Below the pieces are notes generated by a model. The model ran no database searches. It had not been told where the DNA came from and was given only the letters and a program-made list of their open reading frames with translations. A DNA stretch of 64,000 nt from Gammaproteobacteria bacterium UBA7449 (GTDB lineage: Bacteria; Pseudomonadota; Gammaproteobacteria; Pseudomonadales; Pseudohongiellaceae), in NCBI GenBank assembly GCA_002477465.1, contig DLPV01000026.1, positions 14,597-78,596 of the forward strand, given 5' to 3'. Below, piece by piece: positions 56,570 to 64,000 of the stretch. The position numbers and the translations under genes were made by a program. How positions within the stretch are numbered: the stretch's first letter is position 1; the number at the start of each line of letters is the position of its first letter.

Positions 56570-57958
56570 TTAGATATGCGCTTTGATATAAGAAGTGACT
56601 TGAGCAAGATCGCTAGCAACCACCGCATAGCGCTCATCCCGTTCAAACAAATCCGCGAGATGTGCTGGCAATTCCGGTAGATCCAGACCCGCTGCGGTGA
56701 TGGCATCGCCGAATTTTGCTGGGTGTGCTGTCGCCAGAGTTACCATTGGCACATCCTGACTGCGCCGAACAATGCGTGCAGACTCGACACCCACTGCGGT
56801 ATGGGGATCAAGCAATTTGCCCGTTGCCTGCCTAACCTCGGCAATGACCTGACAGGTTTTATCATCATTGACACTGGCACTGTCGAACATGGCTTGCACC
56901 TGCTGCCACTGTTCTTCACTGACACTTAGCCCCTCTTTACCGAAGCGCTGCATAAAATCAGTCAGCTGTTTCGCGTCACGACCAAACATATCGAACAGAT
57001 AGCGTTCAAAGTTGCTGGAGACCAGGATATCCATACTCGGTGAATAGGTCTTACTGAGCTGTGTCGCAGAATAATCATTGTTGCTAATAAAGCGATGCAA
57101 TATGTCATTTTCGTTGGTTGCTACCACCAGTTGATCGATCGGTAGGCCCATATGCTTGGCGAGGTAGCCTGCGTAGATATCACCAAAGTTACCAGTTGGT
57201 ACGGAAAACGAAACAGCTTTTTCGGGCGCTCCCAGCTTTAGTGCAGCATAAAAGTAGTAAACAATCTGCATCAGTATTCGCGCCCAGTTGATGGAATTCA
57301 CAGCCACCAATTGGCGGTCAGCTGGCAGAAAGGATTGGTCAGCAAATGCTGCCTTCACAATACGCTGACAATCGTCAAAATTTCCCTCTACGGCGAGATT
57401 GAAAACGTTATCTCCGGTTACCGTAGTCATTTGCCGACGCTGAACCTCAGACACGCGCTGATGTGGATGCAGGATAAAAATATCGACATGATCCGAGTGG
57501 CGACAGCCTTCCAGGGCAGCAGAACCAGTGTCACCGGAAGTCGCCCCCAATATTACCACCCGCTGGTCATTCTTATTCAGCACGTGATCCAGCAGTCTCC
57601 CCAGAACCTGTAAGGCAAAGTCCTTAAACGCCAGGGTCGGCCCATGATAGAGCTCTAACAGGAATTTGTTGTCTCCCAACTCAGTGACTGGCGCGATTTC
57701 CGGATGATCAAATTCAGCATAGCTTTCAGCAATTATGCGCTCGAGTTCTGATCTGGGCAGTGCATCCCCTACGAAAGGCGCTACCACTTCCACCGCCAGG
57801 TCGACATAGGACAGGTTTTTCCAATCCGCCAATTGCTTGGCATCGATGTGCGGTAATTCTGTGGGGACATAGAGCCCACCGTCTGGCGCCAGACCGGTTA
57901 ACAGAACCTGTTCAAATGTTTGTGGCTCTCCGCCACCTCTTGTGCTGATATATTTCAA
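56570..57958 (-). CDS. thrC: Threonine synthase
   Basis: MKYISTRG start, PLP-lysine region (PTLAFKDFALQ) and ATSGDTGSA. Confidence 0.95.
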   Translation of the reverse strand: MKYISTRGGGEPQTFEQVLLTGLAPDGGLYVPTELPHIDAKQLADWKNLSYVDLAVEVVAPFVGDALPRSELERIIAESYAEFDHPEIAPVTELGDNKFLLELYHGPTLAFKDFALQVLGRLLDHVLNKNDQRVVILGATSGDTGSAALEGCRHSDHVDIFILHPHQRVSEVQRRQMTTVTGDNVFNLAVEGNFDDCQRIVKAAFADQSFLPADRQLVAVNSINWARILMQIVYYFYAALKLGAPEKAVSFSVPTGNFGDIYAGYLAKHMGLPIDQLVVATNENDILHRFISNNDYSATQLSKTYSPSMDILVSSNFERYLFDMFGRDAKQLTDFMQRFGKEGLSVSEEQWQQVQAMFDSASVNDDKTCQVIAEVRQATGKLLDPHTAVGVESARIVRRSQDVPMVTLATAHPAKFGDAITAAGLDLPELPAHLADLFERDERYAVVASDLAQVTSYIKAHI

Positions 57959-57970
57959 GCTTTCCGCAGG

Positions 57971-59299
57971 CTAAGTAGCCTCTCCATGAAATGGTTCAAC
58001 CCTGATCCGCATAATTGCACCAGTGATCTCTTCAAGATTTTCCAAGGCAGCCATGGCTTTGTTTAGCTTAGCTTCCTTCACACGGTGGGTGAGAATAACA
58101 ATAGGGACACTCTCATTACTCGCCGCCTCTTTCTGTATGATCGCTTCAATACTGATTTCCTGATCCTGAAGCACATTAGAAATCTTTGCCATCACGCCAA
58201 CCCTGTCGATAACCGGAATTCTCAGATAGTACTCCGCATCGATCTCTTCGATTGCGAGCACCGGCGAATCATTGGAGGCATCTCGATAGCCCAGAGCTGG
58301 ATACACCGGAAATGTGGCACCCGCAACCACCTGACGCGCAAGGTCGATAAGATCCGCGACCACTGCAGAGGCAGTAGCCTCCGCGCCGGCGCCCGGACCG
58401 CTATACAGCGTGGAGCCCACGAAGTCTCCCTGCACCAGTATGGCATTGCCGACACCATTAACGTTTGCCAGTAGCCTTGATTTAGCCACCAGGGTTGGGT
58501 GGACCCGCATCTCGATGCCGCTTTCCGTCTTGCGCGCGATACCAAGATGCTTTACTTCATAGCCAAGCTCATTGGCATAATTAATATCATCAGGCGTGAC
58601 CTTGCTTATTCCCTCAGTGTAAGTCTTGTCGAATTGCAGAGGTATGCCAAATGCGATTGATGCCATGATCGTGAGCTTATGCGCCGCATCTATTCCTTCG
58701 ACATCGAAGGTTGGATCAGCTTCAGCGTAACCCAACTCTTGCGCCTCCTGCAGCACATCGGCGAACTGGCTCTGGTTTGCCGTCATCTCGGACAGGATAA
58801 AGTTTCCGGTGCCGTTAATTATTCCCGCCAGCCACTCAATTTCATTTGCAGCGAGCCCTTCACGCAAGGCCTTAATGATGGGAATGCCGCCAGCAACGCT
58901 ACTCTCGAATGCAAGCGTCACAGCTTTCTCTCGCGCGAGAGCAAACAGCTCGTTCCCTTTTTCCGCAATCAGGGCCTTATTTGCGGTCACCACATGTTTG
59001 CCGCTGGTCAGTGCAGTCTTGATTACATCGAAGGCAACGTCATAGCCGCCAATTGTCTCCACAACGACGTCGACGCTGGGATCTGCAGCTAACGCCAGGG
59101 GATCGTCTCCAGAATGGGCTACGTTTTGGCAGAGCTCTGGCTTTGGGGTGCGGGTTGCGACATGGGTGACAACTATTTCACAGCCGCTGCGCCGGGTGAT
59201 GGTTTCCTTGTTTTCTTCCAGGAGGCGCAGGGTACCTGCGCCCACTGTCCCCAGACCGCAAATTCCAATTCTGAGTTGTGTCGGTGTGTGCTGGGTCAA
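57971..59299 (-). CDS. hom: Homoserine dehydrogenase
   Basis: GICGLGTVG NAD fold, the catalytic region and a C-terminal ACT domain. It sits in the conserved dsbC-hom-thrC-recJ order. Confidence 0.94.
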   Translation of the reverse strand: MTQHTPTQLRIGICGLGTVGAGTLRLLEENKETITRRSGCEIVVTHVATRTPKPELCQNVAHSGDDPLALAADPSVDVVVETIGGYDVAFDVIKTALTSGKHVVTANKALIAEKGNELFALAREKAVTLAFESSVAGGIPIIKALREGLAANEIEWLAGIINGTGNFILSEMTANQSQFADVLQEAQELGYAEADPTFDVEGIDAAHKLTIMASIAFGIPLQFDKTYTEGISKVTPDDINYANELGYEVKHLGIARKTESGIEMRVHPTLVAKSRLLANVNGVGNAILVQGDFVGSTLYSGPGAGAEATASAVVADLIDLARQVVAGATFPVYPALGYRDASNDSPVLAIEEIDAEYYLRIPVIDRVGVMAKISNVLQDQEISIEAIIQKEAASNESVPIVILTHRVKEAKLNKAMAALENLEEITGAIMRIRVEPFHGEAT

Positions 59300-59459
59300 G
59301 GTCTGCCTCTCACGCTTGTTGGCCAGACAGGTGGGTGAATATCCCTGTCAGCTTGGAAAATCAAAGCGAGAATTATACTGGAAACCTCTACTAAACTCAG
59401 CCATTGCGCCCAATGGAAAACTGCCGTTTGGTATCACAGCTGAGTGCTAATTGACGAGA

Positions 59460-60209
59460 CTAGTTGAGGCTGAGCATGGACGCCAGACGTTCACTATCTA
59501 GATATCCGGGAATAACACGCCCGTCTGAAAACACCAGGGCTGGTGTTCCACTGATACCCAGTTCGTTGCCCAACTGATAATGCTCGAGGATAGGTGTTTC
59601 GCAAGTGACTGGCGGCAAGTCCTCGCCCCCTTTTGCCAGCGACAGGGACTCTTTACGATCATCCGCGCACCAGACCGAGATCATCTTGTCGTAAGACGCA
59701 GCTGCTTCACCACCACGTGGATAAGCCAGGTAGCGCACCTCGATGCCATAGGCCATCAGGTCTTCCAGATCGCCGTGCAAGGCGCGACAGTAGGTGCAAT
59801 CCACATCGGTAAATACAGTGATCGTTGCCTTCACTTCTTCCGGGCTGAAGATGATCATTTCCTCTTCTGGGATCAGCGCGATTTTATCCAGTGCACGTTT
59901 TTGACGAGTGCTGGCTGACAGATTCATTAAGCCTGTGGGAGTCGTCGCGTACATGTCACCGGCGAACAAGTAATCACCCGAGATATCACTGTAAAGAATC
60001 TCACCGGTATTCAGCTCAACTTCAAAAATATTTGGCAGCGCCGTCTGATTAAGCGATACGATTTGCAGGGTGTTTTGCGAGGCAATCTCGATCGCCTGCT
60101 CAAGCTTGCCGCGCAAGGATTGATCTCCCTGAGCGCTTGCTTGGGCGAATAACAGGCTGCCAAACAGCAGTGCCGCGATTATCCGGACCAGGTTATTCGT
60201 GCTTTTCAT
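59460..60209 (-). CDS. dsbC: Thiol:disulfide interchange protein DsbC
   Basis: Signal peptide, N-terminal dimerisation domain and thioredoxin fold with CTYC (FTDVDCTYCRALH). Confidence 0.88.
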   Translation of the reverse strand: MKSTNNLVRIIAALLFGSLLFAQASAQGDQSLRGKLEQAIEIASQNTLQIVSLNQTALPNIFEVELNTGEILYSDISGDYLFAGDMYATTPTGLMNLSASTRQKRALDKIALIPEEEMIIFSPEEVKATITVFTDVDCTYCRALHGDLEDLMAYGIEVRYLAYPRGGEAAASYDKMISVWCADDRKESLSLAKGGEDLPPVTCETPILEHYQLGNELGISGTPALVFSDGRVIPGYLDSERLASMLSLN

Positions 60210-60334
60210 GTCTTCCGCCTCGCTGGAATTAGCCCCTCGCTCGCATGGGCTATGGTTGGTGAATTCGATGACCGGGGAAAACCTACTCCTGTTCCCAAGT
60301 AGGGCATAGTCTAAGGTTTTATGGCCCCAGAAAC

Positions 60335-60372
60335 AAAAAATGAGAAGGCTGCCAGGGCAACTTTCTCATTTT
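60335..60372 (-). terminator. Rho-independent terminator of rplS
   Basis: The minus strand reads aaaatgagaaag-(loop)-cttctcat followed by tttttt. The stem has one bulge. Confidence 0.65.
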
Positions 60373-60406
60373 GAACTTTACTTTTGCTCGGAAACAACCG
60401 AAGTAA

Positions 60407-60781
60407 TCAGGCCTGCTCGCCTGCCTTTTTGTCGAGCTTCTCCGAGATGCGCGCTGCGCGTCCTGTCAGTTCACGCAGGTAATAGAGTTTGGCCTGACGC
60501 ACGTCACCGCGACGCTTCAGCTTGACGCTATCTACCAGTGGGCTGAAAGTTTGGAAAGTACGCTCAACACCCACGCCGTGGGAAATTTTTCGCACCGTGA
60601 ATGAGGAGTTAAGGCCGCGATTGCGCTTGCCTATGACCACTCCCTCGAAGGCCTGCAATCGCTCGCGATCACCTTCCTTGATTTTAACCTGGACTGTAAC
60701 GGTATCGCCTGGACCGAAATCAGGGAGTTCTTTCCCCATTTGCTCATTTTCGATCTGTTCGATGATCTTATTTTTGCTCAT
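60407..60781 (-). CDS. rplS: 50S ribosomal protein L19
   Basis: ..[45 protein letters not shown]. Confidence 0.96.
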   Translation of the reverse strand: MSKNKIIEQIENEQMGKELPDFGPGDTVTVQVKIKEGDRERLQAFEGVVIGKRNRGLNSSFTVRKISHGVGVERTFQTFSPLVDSVKLKRRGDVRQAKLYYLRELTGRAARISEKLDKKAGEQA

Positions 60782-60820
60782 CTTGCTAAACTCCTGACCT
60801 GACTTCCGAGTAGTCGGGGC

Positions 60821-61579
60821 CTACTTGGCCGCCTGATACTCCGCTTTAAATAGTTCCAATAGTTCCTGCTGTTCCTGGCTTAACTCAATCTGTTCCAGTA
60901 AATCTGGACGCTTAAGCCAGGTCGCTCCCAAACTCTGTTTTTCCCGCCATCTCGCAATCGCGGCATGATCACCGCTCAACAACACCTCTGGCACTGTCCT
61001 GCCCTCAAACTGCTGGGGTCTGGTGTACTCTGGCGCGTGCAGCAGGCCATTAGCCAGACTGTCCAATTGCGCTGAATCATCATCTCCGAGCGCGCCGGGT
61101 TGCTGTCGAATAACTGCATCGAGCAGTGTCATCGCAGCTAACTCACCACCACTAAGCACGAAATCCCCTAGCGAAACCTCTTCATCTATTTCGGCCTCAA
61201 TAACCCGGGCGTCGATGCCCTGGTAACGACCGCAGACAAGAACCATGGATTCCAGCTGCGCCAATTCAACCACCTTCGCCTGATTCAAGGGTTTCCCCTG
61301 GGGCGACAAATAGACCGTTTTGCAAGCAGTCTCGCCAGTCTCATCCAATTTGGCTTTGGCCGCATTGATGGTGGCGATCAGCGGCTCTGTCTTCATCAAC
61401 ATGCCTGGACCACCGCCAAAGGGCTTGTCATCAACCGTTCGGTGTCGATCCGTACTGAAATCCCTGGGATTCCAGAACGCCAGATTGATCAAGTTGTCCT
61501 TGACCGCCCGGCTACTCACACCGTGCGCCGTCAGAGCCGAAAACATCTCGGGGAACAGTGTGACAACGGCAACCCGCAT
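60821..61579 (-). CDS. trmD: tRNA (guanine37-N1)-methyltransferase
   Basis: [13 protein letters not shown] start (ATG 61579), [11 protein letters not shown] and [12 protein letters not shown]. Confidence 0.95.
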   Translation of the reverse strand: MRVAVVTLFPEMFSALTAHGVSSRAVKDNLINLAFWNPRDFSTDRHRTVDDKPFGGGPGMLMKTEPLIATINAAKAKLDETGETACKTVYLSPQGKPLNQAKVVELAQLESMVLVCGRYQGIDARVIEAEIDEEVSLGDFVLSGGELAAMTLLDAVIRQQPGALGDDDSAQLDSLANGLLHAPEYTRPQQFEGRTVPEVLLSGDHAAIARWREKQSLGATWLKRPDLLEQIELSQEQQELLELFKAEYQAAK

Positions 61580-61662
61580 CTGGTCAGTTCCCCTCGGCCT
61601 GTTCTCCGGCCCTTGCCTCGGCAGCGAGTTGTCGCTGGCACCGCAAATCTGCGTAACCGCGC

Positions 61663-62208
61663 TTAACTCAGATAATCCGCATCCCAATCGACGGTAATGC
61701 GCCGTTCTTGCAATGAGACTTCCACAATTACCCTCTCCGGCAGAAAAGGAATCAGGCGTTCTCTCGTGTCACAGCTCTCCGCAGTAGGCGCCACCACCAG
61801 CACGTCGTTAGCGCCGGTTTCTATCAGCCTCTGCACGCTGCCAAATAGTTGACCCTGCAAATTCGTCACTTGCAGGCCCTGCAATTCGTGCCAGTAGAAA
61901 CTGCCTGCTGCCAACGCCGGCATGTCTGTACTAGGCACCCAGATCTCGCAGCCAGTTAAGCTACTGGCGGTTTCCGGGTCATTAAAGCCTTCAAAATGGA
62001 CGATCAAGCCCTTTTGCTGCTCTCTGCTGTCGTCAATGTGCAGGAGCCGAGGCGCTTTATCCAATTCGGTATGCAGCTCTGCATAGCTCAGGATGTTTGC
62101 CGGGGGCGAGGTAAAAGAATTTAGCTTTAACCAGCCCTTGATTCCGTGCACCCGGCCTACCTTGCCGAGAACAACCCGTTTATCTGCCGCAGCCGCTTGC
62201 ACATTCAT
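61663..62208 (-). CDS. rimM: Ribosome maturation factor RimM
   Basis: [15 protein letters not shown] and the PRC-barrel C-terminus. Start chosen at 62208. Confidence 0.9.
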   Translation of the reverse strand: MNVQAAAADKRVVLGKVGRVHGIKGWLKLNSFTSPPANILSYAELHTELDKAPRLLHIDDSREQQKGLIVHFEGFNDPETASSLTGCEIWVPSTDMPALAAGSFYWHELQGLQVTNLQGQLFGSVQRLIETGANDVLVVAPTAESCDTRERLIPFLPERVIVEVSLQERRITVDWDADYLS

Positions 62209-62231
62209 GCCTACAGGCAAATAAGGAGAAA

Positions 62232-62492
62232 TCAGGCCTCGGTCGTAGCAGCCGCGGCCGCATCCTTGGCAAGATTGCTGACGCGGTCGCTCACTTGAGC
62301 GCCCTCGGACTGCCAATACGCCATTCTGTCCAGATCAAGACGCAGACGTTCTTCCTGGCCTTTCGCCATGGGGTTAAAGAAACCAATTCTCTCAATGAAG
62401 CGTCCATCTCTGGCGCGACGGCTATCACTCACTGTGATGTGATAGAAGGGCTTCTTTTTGGCGCCACCACGAGCCAATCGAATAGTGACCAT
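62232..62492 (-). CDS. rpsP: 30S ribosomal protein S16
   Basis: [17 protein letters not shown]. Start chosen at 62492. Confidence 0.96.
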   Translation of the reverse strand: MVTIRLARGGAKKKPFYHITVSDSRRARDGRFIERIGFFNPMAKGQEERLRLDLDRMAYWQSEGAQVSDRVSNLAKDAAAAATTEA

Positions 62493-62660
62493 ACAATGTT
62501 CCTGATGCAAAAAAAGTATATTGAATCCAGTGGGTTATATGAATCCAAGGCGCATTGCCCTGACCCCCGGATAAAAAGGCGGGTATTCTATGTCAATTGA
62601 GCCTGTATTGGAAGCGCGGAAAGGCAGTAAAACTGGGGCTTTGGCGCCGCTGCTTTCGAC

Positions 62661-64000
62661 CTAGAACCGGGGGAATTTGCCCCCCGGGGGCATTCCGGGC
62701 ATGCCACCTGGACCCATTTTACTCTGCATACCGCCTAGACCGCGCATCATATTGGCCATTCCGCCGCCTTTCATCTTCTTCATGACCTTCTGCATCTGCT
62801 TGTGCTGTTTCAGCAGTCGGTTCAGATCCTGAATCTGGGTGCCGGATCCCTGGGTGATGCGGCGCTTGCGGGACCCATTCAGAATGTCCGGATTGACTCG
62901 CTCGCGCATGGTCATGGAATTGATGATGGCTTCCATACGACGAAATTGGGAGTCATCAACCATATTAGCCGCGCCAGGCGGCATTGCGCCCATCCCCGGC
63001 ATCTTGTCCATGATGCTGGCGACTCCACCCATGTTTTGCATTTGCGTGAGCTGCTCTTTGAAATCTTCCAGGTCAAAACCTTTGCCCTTCTTGATCTTAC
63101 GGGCCAAACGCTCGGCTTTCTTCTTATCAACTTTTTGTTCTGCCTCTTCAATCAGAGACAGCACATCTCCCATCCCAAGAATGCGAGAGGCGATTCGGTC
63201 CGGGTAGAATGGCTCAAGGGCGTCAGTTTTTTCCCCAACCCCGATAAATTTAATGGGTTTGCCGGTGATGTGGCGTACCGACAACGCGGCACCACCCCTG
63301 GCATCACCATCCGCCTTGGTCAACACGACCCCAGTGAGAGGCAGGGCATCATTGAAAGCCTTCGCCGTATTGGCTGCATCCTGGCCAGTCATGGCGTCTA
63401 CCACAAACAGGGTTTCCACGGGCGCGAGCTGGCCGTGCAGTGCCGCGATTTCTTCCATCATCTGCTGATCAATGGCGAGGCGTCCCGCGGTATCCACCAG
63501 CAGCACATCAACAAATTGCTTGCGCGCCTCACGCAGGGCTGCATCGGCAATGGCAGTGGGCATTTGACTCGCGTCAGAGGCGAAGAATTCCACCCCTATG
63601 TCGCTGGCGAGCGTTTCAAGTTGTTTAATCGCCGCCGGCCTGTACACGTCGGCACTGACCACCATGACTTTCTTCTTTTCTCCCGTCTTAAGCAGTCTGG
63701 CCAATTTGGCCACGGTGGTGGTTTTACCTGCACCCTGCAGTCCCGCCATGAGCACGACGGCTGGAGGCGCTGACTTCAGGTTTAACTCTGAATTGGCCGA
63801 CCCCATGATGGCCTGCATCTCCGCCTGGACGACCTTGATAAAGGCCTGGCCCGGAGTGAGGCTTTTTGAGACTTCCTGGCCTACGGCGCGATTGCTAACC
63901 CGATCGATGAAATCTTTCACCACCGGCAGCGCAACATCGGCCTCCAATAAGGCGCGGCGAACCTCACGCAAGGCATCCTGAATATTATTTTCAGTAAGTG
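62661..64000 (-). CDS. ffh: Signal recognition particle protein Ffh (5' end beyond window)
   Basis: ..LREVRRALLEADVALPVVKDF.., GLQGAGKTT, DTAGR and a Met-rich M domain. The frame stays open to the window edge (LTENNIQDALREV), so the N-terminus is missing. Confidence 0.96.
   Translation of the reverse strand, partial: LTENNIQDALREVRRALLEADVALPVVKDFIDRVSNRAVGQEVSKSLTPGQAFIKVVQAEMQAIMGSANSELNLKSAPPAVVLMAGLQGAGKTTTVAKLARLLKTGEKKKVMVVSADVYRPAAIKQLETLASDIGVEFFASDASQMPTAIADAALREARKQFVDVLLVDTAGRLAIDQQMMEEIAALHGQLAPVETLFVVDAMTGQDAANTAKAFNDALPLTGVVLTKADGDARGGAALSVRHITGKPIKFIGVGEKTDALEPFYPDRIASRILGMGDVLSLIEEAEQKVDKKKAERLARKIKKGKGFDLEDFKEQLTQMQNMGGVASIMDKMPGMGAMPPGAANMVDDSQFRRMEAIINSMTMRERVNPDILNGSRKRRITQGSGTQIQDLNRLLKQHKQMQKVMKKMKGGGMANMMRGLGGMQSKMGPGGMPGMPPGGKFPRF

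Noticed and set aside
62802-63773. 323-aa ORF on the plus strand
   Set aside because: It is antisense to ffh, whose translation is an unambiguous SRP54 homologue. This is a typical shadow ORF with an Arg/Gly/His-rich, low-information sequence.

Overview
This 64 kb window looks like a gammaproteobacterial chromosome, about 52-53% GC by eye. Synteny is Pseudomonas/marine-gamma-like. Most of it is core housekeeping in well-known blocks: ffh(partial)-rpsP-rimM-trmD-rplS; dsbC-hom-thrC-recJ; alaS-lysC-csrA next to tRNA-Ser(GCU); ispB divergent from rplU-rpmA-obg-proB; rpsT divergent from murJ; and frmA-gloA-folD plus an aminotransferase and a DAHP synthase. Less conserved material lies at about 18.3-23.1 kb (an exported-protein operon), 25.5-35.1 kb (exported hydrolases and enzymes ending at tRNA-Arg), 37.6-41.1 kb (an acyl-CoA cluster) and 47.6-54.1 kb (a Ser/Thr signalling module and a giant DsbD/ScsB-like protein). 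No CRISPR array, transposase, integrase, prophage or recognisable defence genes were seen.

The most interesting observations are:
1. Two tracked ORFs (31244-31750 and 31769-32152) share one frame and are joined by a single TGA. The result is a GrdB/PrdB-family protein with a U-P-V-C motif and a SECIS-like hairpin, so it is a candidate selenoprotein.
2. A Ser/Thr kinase-pseudokinase / PP2C / double-FHA module carries one frameshift and three in-frame stops, while the phosphatase is intact.
3. A 980-aa DsbD/ScsB-like reductase has its ~255-aa periplasmic Cx3C module duplicated in tandem.
4. A conserved multi-hairpin ~80-nt element lies downstream of both tRNA genes, and a 165-bp tandem duplication/tRNA relic lies at tRNA-Arg.
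5. Several gene relics and a 58-aa zinc-finger ORF are not in the ORF track.

Several start codons were re-picked from homology, RBS or signal-peptide logic. All family calls come from reading the translated sequences; no database search was run.
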